A DNA stretch of 64,000 nt. It comes from Azolla caroliniana. Lineage: Eukaryota > Plantae > Polypodiophyta. The stretch lies in NCBI GenBank assembly GCA_043228905.1, contig JBHGNT010000002.1, positions 9,548,001 through 9,612,000 on the forward strand, written 5' to 3'. Under the pieces are notes generated by a model. It was given only the letters and a program-made list of their open reading frames with translations, did no database searches and was not told the DNA's origin. How positions within the stretch are numbered: the stretch's first letter is position 1; each line of letters begins with the position of its first letter. Below are positions 13,181-26,393 of the stretch, piece by piece. A program made the position numbers and the translations under genes.

Positions 13181-15709
13181 GGTTCTCATGGAAGGAATGC
13201 ATCTCCTCTTGCATGCCACTTAACCACTTTCAGTTGTGGGTGTTGTGTTTAGCTTCTTCAAACCTTTCTGGCTCCCCTTCATCGGTTAGCAGTACACGCT
13301 CTTCATCCGGAAATCTTCGGGGGGGTCTTCTCTCTCTTTCTTTCTTTCTCTGAGGGAGTATCTTCGGCCTCCATTCGGCACTATCGGTTCTTCTTCCACT
13401 TCTTCGGCCAAGTCAAATTTGGTTCCTCGTTCAGCCAGTTCCCCTTGTTCTTCAATCGGTTCTCGATTTTGTCGAGTATTAAATCGGCTGACTTGCTCGA
13501 AGTCGATTCGATCGAAATCGACTTCTACTCGATTCTGTCGAGCGTCGACTCGGCTCGATTCAGTAGTAGGAGACTTGTTCTCAATAATCCAATCAACTAT
13601 TGTCTTTTCCTCCATGAAGACAATCTCGCGGCTCCAGATCACTTTCTTCTATGCTAAGTTTGATAGCCGATAGCCGAATTCATCATTGTCGTAGTCCAGA
13701 AATATGCATGGCCAAGATTTCGGATTCAGCTTGCCCCCTCTAATCCTTTGCAACATATATATAGGCAAGATGGTTGAACATCCTTAGATGTCGGTAAGAC
13801 ATGTCTTTGCCACTCCACACCCTTTGTGGAATATCACCGTCCAAGGGTACTGAGGGTGATCGGTTTATGACATACGTTGTCGTCATCAGCGCCTCAACCC
13901 AGAACGTCTTCGGTAACTTTGCATGTGCAAGCATACTTCGGACCCTCTCCATTACGGTCCGGTTCATTCTCTCCACCAGCCCATTAAGATCTGGCGTCTT
14001 CGGCACGGAATACTCGAGACGGATTCCCTGTGCTCGGCAATATTCGTCAAACGGTCCGCATACTCTCCGCCATTGTCTGCTTGGACTGCCTTCAACTTTT
14101 GGCCAATTTCCCTCTCAACCCTCACTTGGAACTCTTTGAAGATGGATAACACCTGATCCTTCCTCTTCAGCACAGAATCCCACAACTTCCGTCTACAGTT
14201 GTCTATGAAGGTCAATACTGTGAACCAACATGCGACTTTGTATCCACGTAGCATACATCGGTATGCATGAGTTCCAATGGCATTTTCTTCGTCATCGGGG
14301 GCCTTCGATCGGAGCGTGGTTCTATTCTGTTTGTCGGCCAAGCAATCAACACACTTGTCCAAATGCACTTTCTTTACCTTCGGTAGCAGTTCCTTTTTGG
14401 CTAGCATCCGCATTCCCTTCTGGCTCATGTTGCATAGCCTCTTGTGCCACAACTCACCAATTGTGCCAACTGCCATGTTCACTTTCCCTCGACATAATCG
14501 AGGATTCATTATGTACAATGTGTTGGTTTTCCGGGCTCGGGCCACGATCAGGCTCCCCTTGCAGAACTTCATGTTGTCATTCCAGATGTTACCCATGTAG
14601 CCTTCATCATCTAGCCAATCGGCTAATATCAAGTTCAGTAGAACTTCCGGAACGTGCCGAACATCTCTCAACACTAGTCTGCACCCGGTCAATGTCATCA
14701 GACACACATCTCCAATGCTAACAATTCGGCATGCTCCTTCATGATCATGGTCTCCGGGCTTGTATGATGAGAAGCACTTTCGGTTAAGGGTTAGGTGAAA
14801 CGACGCACCCGAATCGACCACCCATGTCGATTCTTCGCCGGCGAGATTGACCTCATTTTGTTCACTAATGAACAACAACACCTCTTCACTCGTGGCAATT
14901 ACTGAGGTGTTCTTTTTGTCTGGTATTTTCTTCGTCTCGACACCATCAGCTCCCCCTATCTACTTTCAAAAGTGTCGGTAATTCTTTTGGAAGTGCCCCA
15001 ACTTCCCACAATAGAAGCATGTGGGCCTTCCCCTCGACTTCTCTCGATTCCGGGGACTTCAATTTCGGCCTCTTCCTTGATTCGTGTCACTCTCTATGAC
15101 TAAGGCCTTCGGATCAGTATTGGACTCTCGATCCTTTCGACAAGCTTCTTCATTAAATAAGCTCGACTTCACCTGCTCTAGGAATAGATGCTTCCCTTGT
15201 GGTCCCGCGTTGCCTAATGTGACAACCAGCTTTTCCCAGCTTTCCGGAAGGATCCCAGCAATAGTGTTAATACCTCGTCGGCAAGAGGTACTTTTAGAGA
15301 GGTGTTTTGATTCATCAGTCCTTGGAAAGCATTAATGTGCTCTACCATGCTGGATCCATCTTGGTATCACAGTCTCACGATTTTTCTAAAAACTAAAACT
15401 CTATTCATGGCATTCTTGTTTTCGAACATCACGTTATTCTTCTAGAGGACGTCCACAATCATCTCTTCATCAAAGTTATTGTATAGACTCATGTCTATAT
15501 AACACCTTATATATGTTACCACCTTCAAATGTATGACTTCCCAAGTCGATGCATCGATCTTGTCTGGTCTTTTATCTCCGAACTGCACCGGCAGCCAAAG
15601 GTCTTTGCACACAACCATGTCTCTCATCTTTGACTTCCACACTGAGTAGTTAGAGCCGGTTAACTTGAACATGCCACAGAACAAGTCTTCCATCACTCTG
15701 ATACCACTT

Positions 15710-16277
15710 TGTTAGGATCGACCGACCACAACCGGTTTTGACATTCGTATATTTGGGTGCAAAGAAAAGGAGCAAGGTAATGCATAGATAGAAATGAGCA
15801 GCAGAAAACAAAAAACAGAGACATGTCAAGATATTTAACGTGGAAAACCTGAACTGGGAAAAACCATGGGGGTCCACGAACCCCAAGAAACATAATCACT
15901 AATAATGAGGAGAAATACAAATAAGAAGCTTGGAAGCAACGACCTCGAGATCTTCTTCGTCTAACGGACGGTTGTTGAGTTACTACTCTCACTCTCTCTC
16001 ACACTCTCACAGTTACAGAGGCAACTCCCTCACACGTAACTATACAACAAAGATCAACTACTACCAAACATAAAGTTTTCCCTAGTTGCTTATATACTAA
16101 AACAACTTTCAGGCTATTTACAAATATAGCCCACAAGGGCCACATTCAGACTATTTACATATATATGGTCTCCCGATTTCGGTTTCAATTTTTGATCTTA
16201 GCCTCAGCCAAAATACTCATTCACTCCATCAGATTCGGTTCCTTCTCTTCCCATCCGGAGGGATTTGTTTCCCATCA
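15710..16277 (-). repeat. Copia-A 5' LTR
   Basis: Adjacent PBS; visibly diverged from the 3' LTR (substitutions and small indels), so older than Copia-B. Confidence 0.95.
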
Positions 16278-16841
16278 CTTCTTAAGAAATGTGATTCTAG
16301 ATTCCAAGTCTTTAAACTGAAGGACTAAGGCTCTCTTCCTAGTTGTGTCACGTCGAGCCCTCCAAGTTTTGGTGATTGGTAGGGCCTCTATGTACCCAAA
16401 CATTTTCCCAAGTGTTTGTGCATCTTCGTCAGGGGATGCACCTTCCTTGAGTCCAATGACACATACATTTAAGCGTTGTTCATGATGCATTTTCTCTTCT
16501 TCAAGGGTAGTGTTAACAATATTTTCATCTTTTATCTCCTTTTTAATGTTTCGTTTTACAATGTCTACCCAACCTATTTTAGCTAACTCCATCTCATTTT
16601 TAACTTCCGCTTTAACTTTTTTACTTTCTTCCTTTATATCCTCTATGGAGGATATTTCACCATCTTCCCTAGATACCTCGAGGTCATTAAGTTGTTTCTT
16701 AAGGTTGTTTTTTAATACTTTAAGTTTATGTATTTCGGCCTTAAGGGCGTCTTTTTCCTCTCTGTCTTTTTTCTTGTGGGTTTCGGCTTCTTTTCCCCAT
16801 TTTTGCATATCATTCTCTATTTTTGCTAAACAATTAAACAT
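16278..16841 (-). pseudogene. LINE ORF1 5' part (coiled coil plus RRM-like region); remainder at ~4925-5105
   Basis: Coiled-coil segment, RLNVCVIGLKE motif, and continuation IYLNEDLT on the far side of the CTTCT TSD. Confidence 0.75.
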
Positions 16842-17249
16842 ATCTAAAAAGTCTTCTTTACTTATAGCCTCATCTTACATCTCCTTATGTTCTTTAGTTC
16901 ATTTAGATGTCATTTTGGTGTCAATATGAATTAAAGATAAAAGAAATGGGTGGAAGACTTAGCCGAGCTTGTTTGCACATTGCATTCACATTCAGTTCGC
17001 ACATAACACGCAATGAGCATGCCGAAAGAACCCACCAAAGAAGGCACACACTCAAAGTGAAACGCACACACCTCAAAGGTCCAACAAAGATGCACTTTAC
17101 AATGGTACAAACAAGAATGCATACAAGAACGCATGCCACACATGCACATGCAAGGGGCACCTGACGATGACAGCTGACGACGACAACACAATAGCATGGC
17201 AACATATGACGACGACACAACAACATGGAAACACACACACACACATTAT

Positions 17250-18420
17250 ATTATCATCTTCGGAGGTCAAATATGATATATGAGACCAGAAATATTACAT
17301 TTCACGTGATACGTGTGAGAGTATTGACTCTCGATGTTCAAGACCTTTACCAATGAATGTGGCAATCGACAGTGCACATTGTGGTTGTGAGAGAAATTCT
17401 TGCAAGGATTGGGCTCAGTTGAAGAGATGTGGAAAGCATGGTCGAATATGATCAAAGGCAGAGCATTGTATCAAAGTGTGATACTCAGACTCGCGAACTT
17501 GTTGAGGGCAAAGTGCGCATAGCCGAACACTCTCATCACTTGTGCCCTAATGCCTTGTCTCACATCGCAATGCATGTGAGCTAAGTCGCATGGAAGCAAT
17601 GGTTCGAATGGTAGATAATGGGATGGGCTCTAACATGTATCGATGTGTACAGTTTCCCTGTTCTACAAAGAATATGTTTTTGTAGTTAGGTGCAACATGT
17701 GTAGTATAATGTGTGAAGCGTGAGCCTCCACTTTGTCCCATGTCATGATACATTGGCATTGCAAAAAGGCCTCATTTATAAAGGAATCTAGTGATCCATC
17801 ATGAAGCAAGTGTCTCGCATCCCATCTACCAAACCATTTTTCTATGTCTTGCATCCAACCGGAACACAAAATTTTGCTTTTATGTGTCTTTTGGATCTTT
17901 TTGCTTGCTTCCCATGCAATTCTAGGAAGTCGATGTGAGGGAGTTTTTTGAACCTTAAGCATGTATTCAACAACCCTTTCCATGCCCATGATCTCAATGG
18001 GAAGCGATCCCGTCTCAAGGAGGAGGGTGTAGGGTGTTTGTTTCTTAACTTGTAGAAACTTTGTAAGAAAATGTTTTTGGACATTTTCAAACTCTTTCCA
18101 CATAGATTTAAGGATGCTACCGCCCCATACTTCCACCCCATGGAGAAAAACCAGTGTCACCAAAGTGTCGAAAAGATATTTCTTGAGGACCCAACACTTA
18201 ATATCTCCAAGATTGCATGTGTTCTCAAATGCATAGTATGCTCGCTTACCCGCCTCTAAGCGGCGTGTAGCACATTCATTCCATCTATGATTTGAAGGAA
18301 CTTCAAGGCCAAGATATTTGAAGCTTTCCACACATTCAAGTGGCTAATTGTTGTACATAATGCATAATCTTCACAAGCATAATCTTGTTTTAGAGCTATC
18401 GACACTTAATTTAGTATGCA
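17250..18420 (-). mobile_element. 5'-truncated LINE fragment, second family (RT C-terminal region and 3' end)
   Basis: FKYLGL...LFDTLV..VEVWG...LPRIAW...RLSSHALRCE; 3' region shared with 19590-20185. Confidence 0.75.
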
Positions 18421-19130
18421 TGCAAATTTTTTAACACCGGGTCATTTGTAACAGGTAATATGTCGCATTCCTTTATTGATAAATACATGAAATGTCAAAA
18501 ATTACCATTTTTGAATAAACTTTCACGAATGTATCATGCATGCGCACATGATTTTTAAAAACATCACTCAAAAAGGCAGTTAATATTTTTAAGATTACAA
18601 ATTTAACCGATATTTTCTCAATTCATACACAAATTTATGCTAATCTTAGATAAGATGACGGGAATGCATCCAACTATAATTGTAATATGCTTCATTGTAC
18701 ATAATGTTAAATTCGAATCCAACTTAACATATTTAGAAATGCAATTTTGTTACTATATTTGTCTCTAAATCTTGTAACAATTGCTATGCCGATTTTGTAA
18801 ATTGGATTTTTGGATTAATTAGAAAAACTTTCCCAAACGAATATCTCACGATATACCACGCATGCCCAAAAACCACTACGAACATTATATGCCAATCATA
18901 CATGAACAACGTGAATGTATTATCATGTGAGCAACCATGTTGACTTAATATTATTGTGTTTACTCGAAACTAAATTACCAAGATTAAAGACAACATAAAT
19001 CATAGAATAAAGACTAAATCCAATTATATTAATCGAGAAACAATTATAACAACATTTGTCATACAAATTATACTTCACCACATACTTTACAAGTTAACCT
19101 TTGTAAACATATGATATACTCTCTGAATCA

Positions 19131-19203
19131 GATGTCATGAAATGCAAGACTCAAACCCATGACCTTATGTTACATGGGTCAAGCTCTTGACCATTAGACT
19201 ATA
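19131..19203 (-). other. Degenerate tRNA-like / SINE-head sequence
   Basis: Minus strand has A-box-like TAGTCTAATGGT and B-box-like GGTTTGAGTC at tRNA spacing; cloverleaf stems are imperfect. Confidence 0.4.
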
Positions 19204-19428
19204 TGTTGTAATACGAAAGATATTATTTTCATTTAAGTTTTACTAAAGAAAATTGATGTATATTCCAGATTTCTCTAGAACATTCTAGAAACTTCAAGAG
19301 TACTCCCGAGAACACTATAAAAGGAGGCACAAGGCATTATTTCGAACCAAATCAGTTCAACGCTAGTCTTAACCCTCCTAAGCTACTATTGTATATTCTC
19401 TTAACATAATATATATCTTTTGTTATCA

Positions 19429-19478
<50 letters not shown>

Positions 19479-19589
19479 ACTCACTCACTCACTCTTTCCT
19501 TCTCTCGAGAGTTCTACACCTCCCTTAGTACTAATCCTCATCTTTTAGTACTAATTCCTTCTCTGTCTTAGTACAAATAGATAGATTCT

Positions 19590-20185
19590 ATTATCGTCTT
19601 CGGAGGTCAAATATGGTCTATGAGACCGAAAATATTACATTTCACGTAATAAATGTAAAAGAGAATAACAGCTCTGGATATTCAAGAACTTTATAATCGA
19701 GAGTTGCACATTGTGGTTGCGAGAGAAGTTCATGCAAGGGTTGAGCTTGGTTGAAGATGTGTGGAAAGTATGGTTGAATATGATCAAAGGCATAGCATTG
19801 TATCAAAGTGTGATACTCTGACTCTTGAACTTGTTGAGGGCAAAGTGTGCACAGTCAACCACTCTCATCACTTATGCCCCAACGCCCCATCTCATATCGT
19901 AATGCATGTGACCTAAGTCACATGGAAGCAATGGTTTGAATGGCAGACAACAGGATGTGCTCTAACATGTATCGATTTGTATGGTTTCCTATTCTGCAAA
20001 GAATATGGTTTTGTAGTTAGGTGCAACATGTGTAGTATAATGTGTAAAGCGTGAGCCTCCATATTTGTCCCATATCATGATACATTAGCATTGCAAAAAG
20101 GCCTCATTTCATAGGAATCTAGTGAAGCATCATGAAGCAAGTGTGGTGCATCCCACCTACTAAACCATTTTCCATCTCTTGCATC
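19590..20185 (-). mobile_element. Second short 3' fragment of the 17250-18420 LINE family
   Basis: Collinear similarity with ~17250-17850 (tcttcggaggtcaaatatg ... aaaccatttt). Confidence 0.8.
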
Positions 20186-23100
20186 TAGAGAGAGAGAGAG
20201 AGAGAGAGAGAAGGCCATTGTGTGGAGCATTAGATAGAATTGTAGCCTCTTGACTCCTCTCTTGTTAATCATGCACAACATTATGTCAATCACACAAGAA
20301 ACTCGAGAGTAAGTCAAACATGTTAGTTGGCAATCTCCACAAATGGGTAGGTAAGTAGGTGGTTCCATAACCTTTACTCATCATCTTTCATCAAATCTCA
20401 TCTACCCTTCCACCATTGTGATAACTGTTAGGAATATGTCCCTCCAGTGGGAGGAGCCGACTGCTCAGAGAGAGCCGACAGTCGAAGACAGGGAGCAATC
20501 GACTGATCGGATGAGAACCGATGGTTGAGGAATCGACTTAGAGAGAGTTAATCGAGGTCGAAGACACAATCAGCTAGTCGGGCCGACTAGATGGTCGATG
20601 ACCAGGCCGACTAGTCGAACCGACTCAGCAGTCAACGAATGAGTCAGTTGATTAGTAAGGTTACTATTATTATTATTGGATAATAATAATGGCCATGACT
20701 GTAAATAGCCCAGTCTGTGTATTAGTATAAATACACCTAGGGAAAATAGATGCATGCATGTGTGTATGTGTAAGTCTCTGTGGTGTAGCGTGGGAGAGAA
20801 GAGAAAAGAGTGTGAGGGAGCGTGAGTGAGTGAGCGGCGCCATAGTTGTGATCAGAACAGCATACGCCAAGAGTCCTTCGGGGTTGTTTACACTCTATGT
20901 AGAGAGTGTTGTACTTTGATCTCGTTTTTGTATATTGACTGTATAGTGAAGCTCCATTCTTTGTGGTTTTCACCCATTCTAGGGTTTCCACATTAAATCT
21001 GTATACACTATTTTCTATGCTTCAGAGTTGTGTATTTCAGCATATTCCTTTTATTGTGGTTTGACGATTCGTTTCTAAACAAACTGGTATCAGAGCTTGA
21101 GGTGCAAGCATGGAAGGAGGTGCGAGGGGCTTCCCAGGAATGATAGTTCTAAATTCTCAAAACTATGCAGACTAGAAGATAAAAATGGAGGACCTTCTCA
21201 TAGTCAAAGACATGTACGAGCCGATCGACAAAGTAGAAATACCCACTGAGGTATTAGAGTCGGAATGGAAACTTCTTAACAGAAAGGCGATGGCCACCAT
21301 CTGACAGTGCGTCAATGTAAGTGTCCTTCAGCATGTGGCGAATGAGACAAATGCCCACGAGATGTGGCAGAAGCTATCAGGTCTATATGAGAGGAAGAAC
21401 GCCCTCAATAAAACCTCACTGATGAGAAAGATCGTACAGCTGAAATATAGAGATGATGAGAGCATCATCAAACACATCAGCACATTCATGGGGTATGTAA
21501 ATCAACTTGTTGCAACCAAGTTTCCCCTTGATGATGCTATGCAGGCCATCTTGCTAATGTGCACACTACCAGACAGCTGGGAGAACCTGGTGGTTACTCT
21601 CAATACCTCCTGTCAAGAAGAGAACTTGTCTTTACAAGTAGTGAAGACAAGCATCCTGAATGAGGAAGCGAGAAGGAAGGACAAGGGTGTCCTAGTCCAC
21701 TCGAAGTCAAATTTGACTCAACACATTGGTAGAGGAAGGAACCGGCAAAGAAGTCCACCAAGGAGAGAAAAGTCTCAAGCCAGGTCGAAGTCCAAAGGAA
21801 AGCTCCTGTGCTTTTATTGTGGAAAGCGTAGACATTTCCAAAAGGACTGCCGACTCCTTAAAAGGGAAAAGAGTGTCGGTAATAATGTCGAACCCAGGAA
21901 GATTCCTAAAGAAAAGTACACTTCAGCCATTACTACGAGCAATGAAGAACTTTTGTTCATTTGTGAATAGACAAGTGCAAATCTTGCAAGAAAAGAATGC
22001 ACTTGGGTAATCGACTCCGGTGCATCCTTCTACATAACTCCGTCGAGAGAGTATTTCTTGACTTACATAACCGGTGATCATGGTTATGTAAAGATGGGTG
22101 ACAGTGGGGAGTGCAAGATAGCAGGAATTGGAAGTGTCTGCCTGACAACGTCGACAGGGTGTCGACTGACTCTAAACGATGTTCGACACGTCCTCGATAT
22201 CAGATTGAATCTGATATCGACTAGAAGATTGGACGACGAAGGCTACAATGGCAGTTTTTAGAATGGCAAGTGGAAGTTCTACCGAGGAAATCTTATAGTG
22301 GCCTGAGCATAGAAGGAAGGCACATTGTATATGATGCAAGCCCGACTGAGCAAGTCAGAAGTGAATGTGGCAGCCGACTCAACAGGACAGATATGGCATA
22401 AGAGGCTAGGCCACAGGAGTGAGAAGGGACTACATCTGTTGGCCGACCAGAAGCTTTACCAGAAGTAAAGGGAGTGCACCTAGAGAAGTGCATCGACCGC
22501 TTAGTTGGAAAGCATAATAGAGCAACATTCCACACATGGCCACTAAGAAGAAGAGAAGTTGCACAGGAACTGGTACACACGGATGTGTGTTATATAGATG
22601 CTATGTCGCATCGAGGCGGACAATGCTTTGTGACTTTCATCGAAGACTACAGTTGGAAGTTGTGGGCCTTCGTACTAAAGTCAAAAGGTCAAGTACTGTC
22701 ATTTTTCAAGGAGTTCCAGGCAAGAGTTGAACGGGAGTCAGGTCAGAAGTTGAAGATTGTCTGAACTGACAATGGTGGCGAATATAAAGGGCAATTCTAG
22801 GAATACTGCAAGGCCCAAGGTATTCGAATCGAATACACAATACCGAAGACCCCTGAGTTGAATGGGTTTGCAGAGAGGATGAACCGGACAATCATGGAGA
22901 GAGTAAGGATCATGTTGTCGCATGCTAAACTGCCGAAAATATACTGGGCTAAGGTGATCAACAGGTTCCCCTCAGTACCGTTGAAAGGTGATGTCCCACA
23001 AAGGGTGTGGACAGGAAAGGATGTCTCGTACCGACACCTGAGGGTGTGTTGTCTGCCTGGCCGGACTAGCCTCAACACAGGTGTCTATCCGACACTTCTC

Positions 23101-23486
23101 CAAAGGGGTGGTAAGGATTGGATGCTAGGTTACACGCGTAAGATGATTACAATTAAGCACAGACGGTAAAGAATACGAAGATACAGATAAACACGCAATA
23201 ATTACTTTTGTATTACTTCCGTCAAACCCTTTACAAATCATCGGATCCTTTTATAGGCATCCGCCAAGGTTACAATCGGTGCGCTTAGGCAACTGACATC
23301 CGAATCGGTCCGGATCCGGATCGGTACAACTGTACCGGATCCGTCCCTCCGAATAATAATTCTACTATTATTTACTTCCTATTATCCGATCCGACTCCGC
23401 CTTCCCACTTGTCCTTGCTCTTCTGACCGGCCAACACATGGCACGCCCGTGGGAAAGTGCCTTGCACTTCGAATCCACTCCCGGCC

Positions 23487-26393
23487 TCATTCTTCCTCCA
23501 AAATATCGAGCACACTCTGCTCGATGGTGTCAAGTGGTGCTTCTTCCTCCTGTTCCTTGCCTGCCTGGTCTCCGACCTCCGGTTGGGTTGGTTGTTCCAT
23601 AAAAATTTGCTACTCCGGCTCTGCTTGATTCTGTGGTGCCGGTGCTTCCTCACCGCTTCGTCCGGGTTCTTCCTGTTCTCCCTCTGTTCCAGGCTCTGTT
23701 CTGTTACCAGTGTCGCTTTCTCCGGTCTCGACTGGTCAGCTCGATACGCCTCCTTCCTCTGCTCTGGTGTCTTCCGGTCTCAGCTCTTCTTCTTCTCCGG
23801 CATCGGTCTGCTCCTGCTCTTCTTCTTCTCCTTCGAACGGAAGTTCTTCTTCGGGTATTCCTCGTCGGGGTTGTTCGGTGTCGGTTGGTTCAACTTCAGC
23901 CGGTCGCTCTCCCTCACTAATAGTGATTGGCGTCGTTCTTCCCTTAGCTTCCTGTCGTAACCGGTCCTGCTCGTATCTCTCCAACTCCAACTGAGTTGCG
24001 AGCTGCCCGTCATCCAACCTCTCTACCAACCCTCGGATTTCTTTGAGATGTTCTTCCGCTAAAGCGTAGAAATCCTCCGACAATTCTTCCCGAATGGCGA
24101 CGATACTTTCTTCATCCATCTTGTAGAACTTGTCACCGGTCTTCCTCCGATTCTCGGCATCCGCTCGGAGTGTCTGCAGCTCGGCTGCCTGTTGTGACCA
24201 CTCCTTCCATAGCTTTTCCGTACTTTCGTTGATGCTTGCCTGAGCTCGGGTACTCCATCCTGACATGATGAGCTTGATCCGGTCAACCCCCGCCTTAGCA
24301 TGCGCATAAGCTTCTTGCTTTTCCTTCCTTGCCCGTTTTATAATGTCGGCCATTACCTGAGCCTGGGCCTCGTAATCCGCTTTCTGCTTTTCATAGGTAC
24401 TTTGCAGTTTGCTGATCGTGAAGGTCGATTTTTCCTTTTCTTCATTCCTGATCTTGGTCAAATCCAGCTTTTCCCGCCTTAGCGCCTCTAATTCCTTCCT
24501 TCTCTCCGTCGCTTGGGCTATTTCCGCCGACAATGCTTCCTTGTTGGCATTGACCTCATCTATTGCCTTAGCCAGGTCTAATCGGGTCTCTTTGAGCTGT
24601 TCTTTCAGCTTCTCTATTTGCCGGTCGTAGTCTGCTGCCCGTTTCTTGTTGTCCGACTCGGCCTGCTTGTGATCTCGGTAGAGACGGTTGAAGTCCTCCG
24701 TCTTCTGCTTCAGGCGTCGGTTTGCCTGAGCTCTTAACTGATCGTCCCGGTCCTTCTGTTGTCGGAGTTCTTCCTGCAGTCGTTCTATCTCCTGCTCGGC
24801 ATGTCGACGCAGTCGGTCCTTCTCCTTTTGCAGCTTCTCTTTTTCTTCTTGCAGTCGGTCATTAGTGGCTCGGCCTTTCCGGAGGCCTTCTTCCATTTTT
24901 CGTCTGTCGTCCTCCACCGCTTTCCGCTGCTCCCTTTCTCTTTCCCTTAATGCCTCCTGAGCTTTTAACTCCTCTCGTAAGGTTTCTATTATTTTTTCGG
25001 TCTCAGGGCCGGTTTGTAAGGCTACCGGTTCCGGTTCCGGTTCTGGTTGCTTCCTTGTTGTCCCGACCGGCTCGGTGACAACTTGTGCTTGTTGAATTCC
25101 TTCCCTTGCCTGCAACAGCTCCCCTTGCATTTCCTCGATCTGTGTTCGGAGCGCGACCAACTCCTGAGTTGTTGTATGCGTCAGCTGTTGCCTACACGTT
25201 TCTTCTTCCTCTAACTGGTCCGCTACTCCCGATAACTGCTCCAAAAGCCATCTCAGCCATTGTGGCTTTGTGCTTCCTGTGTCGGGGTGGCCTTGCTCAC
25301 TTAACTCAGGCTGTTTTTCCGGCCTTTTCTCTGGCTCCGGCGCTTGTTCATTCTTCTTCTCTGGGATGACCGGTTCTCTGAAGTCCGGCACAACCGGTGT
25401 CGGTGCTGCTTCCCTCGGTACGGGTTCCGGTACTGCTTCCGCCTCGGCTACTGGAGGTGGTCCTTGCGCCCTCTACTAAGTTTTGTCAACTGGTGGAGCC
25501 GATCCTTTCGCCCGTCTCTCCCGACCTTGTCTTGCTGGGAGTCTTACCAGTGGTTCGGATGAGTCTTCTGTTTCAGCTTCCTCCTCCGGTGCGGCTACCA
25601 GACGGACCTTTTGTATAAAGACCTCTGGTTCCGGTTCCGGCCGTCGCAGCGTTATATGGATTGGTTTGCGCGCTACCGGTTCCTCCTCAGCCGATTTCCC
25701 TTTGCCTTTTCCTGCCGGTTTTGCCTTTGTTGCCGGTTCCTGTTGCTGTCGGGATGGTCCTTCCCCCCGCTATTCTGCTTCTTGCTGGGTCCATCCGGGG
25801 GTGTGTTTCTCCAGGATCTGTCGGCGCTTTGTGACCTTTTTCGGCGTCGTCTCCTGCCGACCTCTTTTCTTTTGTGTGATGAGGAGCACCGGTGGGACTA
25901 ACACCGTTAGCCATTGTGCTATCCCGGCCCATGGCTTTTTTCCTTCCACAAGATTCTTGATGGCCTCCTTCAATCCTTCGGTTATGAAATGGAGCCAGTC
26001 TACTTGTAATCCTTCGTATGCTGCTATTAAGAACGCTGCCCGGTACCTGGCTATGGCCGGGGGACGAGGATTCATGAATCCGTATTCCATCATGGCGCGG
26101 GCCACTTCTCCGAACAGCAGGTTCTCTCCGCCCTGTGTTCGGTACGCCTTGCTGCTGATAGAATACTCACCGAAATATTCGAACAGGATTTCACTTGAAG
26201 GGTTTTCGATTGTTTGAAGCCCTCCTGCTTTTATCCCCGTGAGCGCCTGCACCGCTCCTTCCGTGATTTCTGATAAATCGATCGATGTTGCCACCTGCTC
26301 TGGTTCTGCGTGTGGTGGAGCGTCGGCGATCCGCAGCAATCCTTTTAACCCGTTCTCCCTCATCCATTGGCGTGCCTCCTCCGACAGTACCAT
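23487..26393 (-). pseudogene. Gypsy-D extra ORF (~970 codons): globular N-terminal domain, Pro/Glu-rich linker, long coiled coil, acidic tail; several in-frame stops
   Basis: ORFs 25770-26393 and 23736-25391 share a frame that continues to PLDTIEQSVLDILEEE* at 23487; homologous to 59682-61478. Confidence 0.8.

Larger units (their letters stand above)
5106..16277 (-). mobile_element. Ty1/Copia LTR retrotransposon A, decayed, carrying two nested insertions
   Basis: TG...CA LTRs 5106-5653 and 15710-16277; TSD CTTCT (5101-5105 / 16278-16282); PBS TGGTATCAGAG (tRNA-iMet) 15706-15696; PPT-like tract ~5654-5668; gag, protease (WVVDSGAS), integrase, RT and RNase H fragments with stops. Confidence 0.95.
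1550..17240 (-). mobile_element. Decayed non-LTR retrotransposon (LINE, RTEX-like), interrupted in ORF1 by Copia-A; outer ends approximate
   Basis: APE endonuclease start (SLWNCN...LGETH, ~4790-4890; GDFNAR at ~4400), RT motifs (YRTIMI, VDFHK, GVKQGCPLS, ADD), C-terminal RICRLC..EDEYHF..KCP knuckle. ORF1 at 16278-16841 reads on across the Copia insertion into KRPILRGLGGNPIYLNEDLT below 5105. Many stops and frameshifts. Confidence 0.85.

Noticed and set aside
6122-13353. Plus-strand ORFs 6122-6667, 8040-8567 and 12721-13353, and many antisense ORFs
   Set aside because: By-products of LTR repeats or GC-rich antisense frames; no recognisable domains.
23372-23653. Small ORF with GFEVQGTFPRACH, echoed by GFNVQGTVPRVCH in Gypsy-E
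   Set aside because: Explained by nucleotide conservation of the pre-LTR motif; no shared start codon and the frames diverge on both sides.
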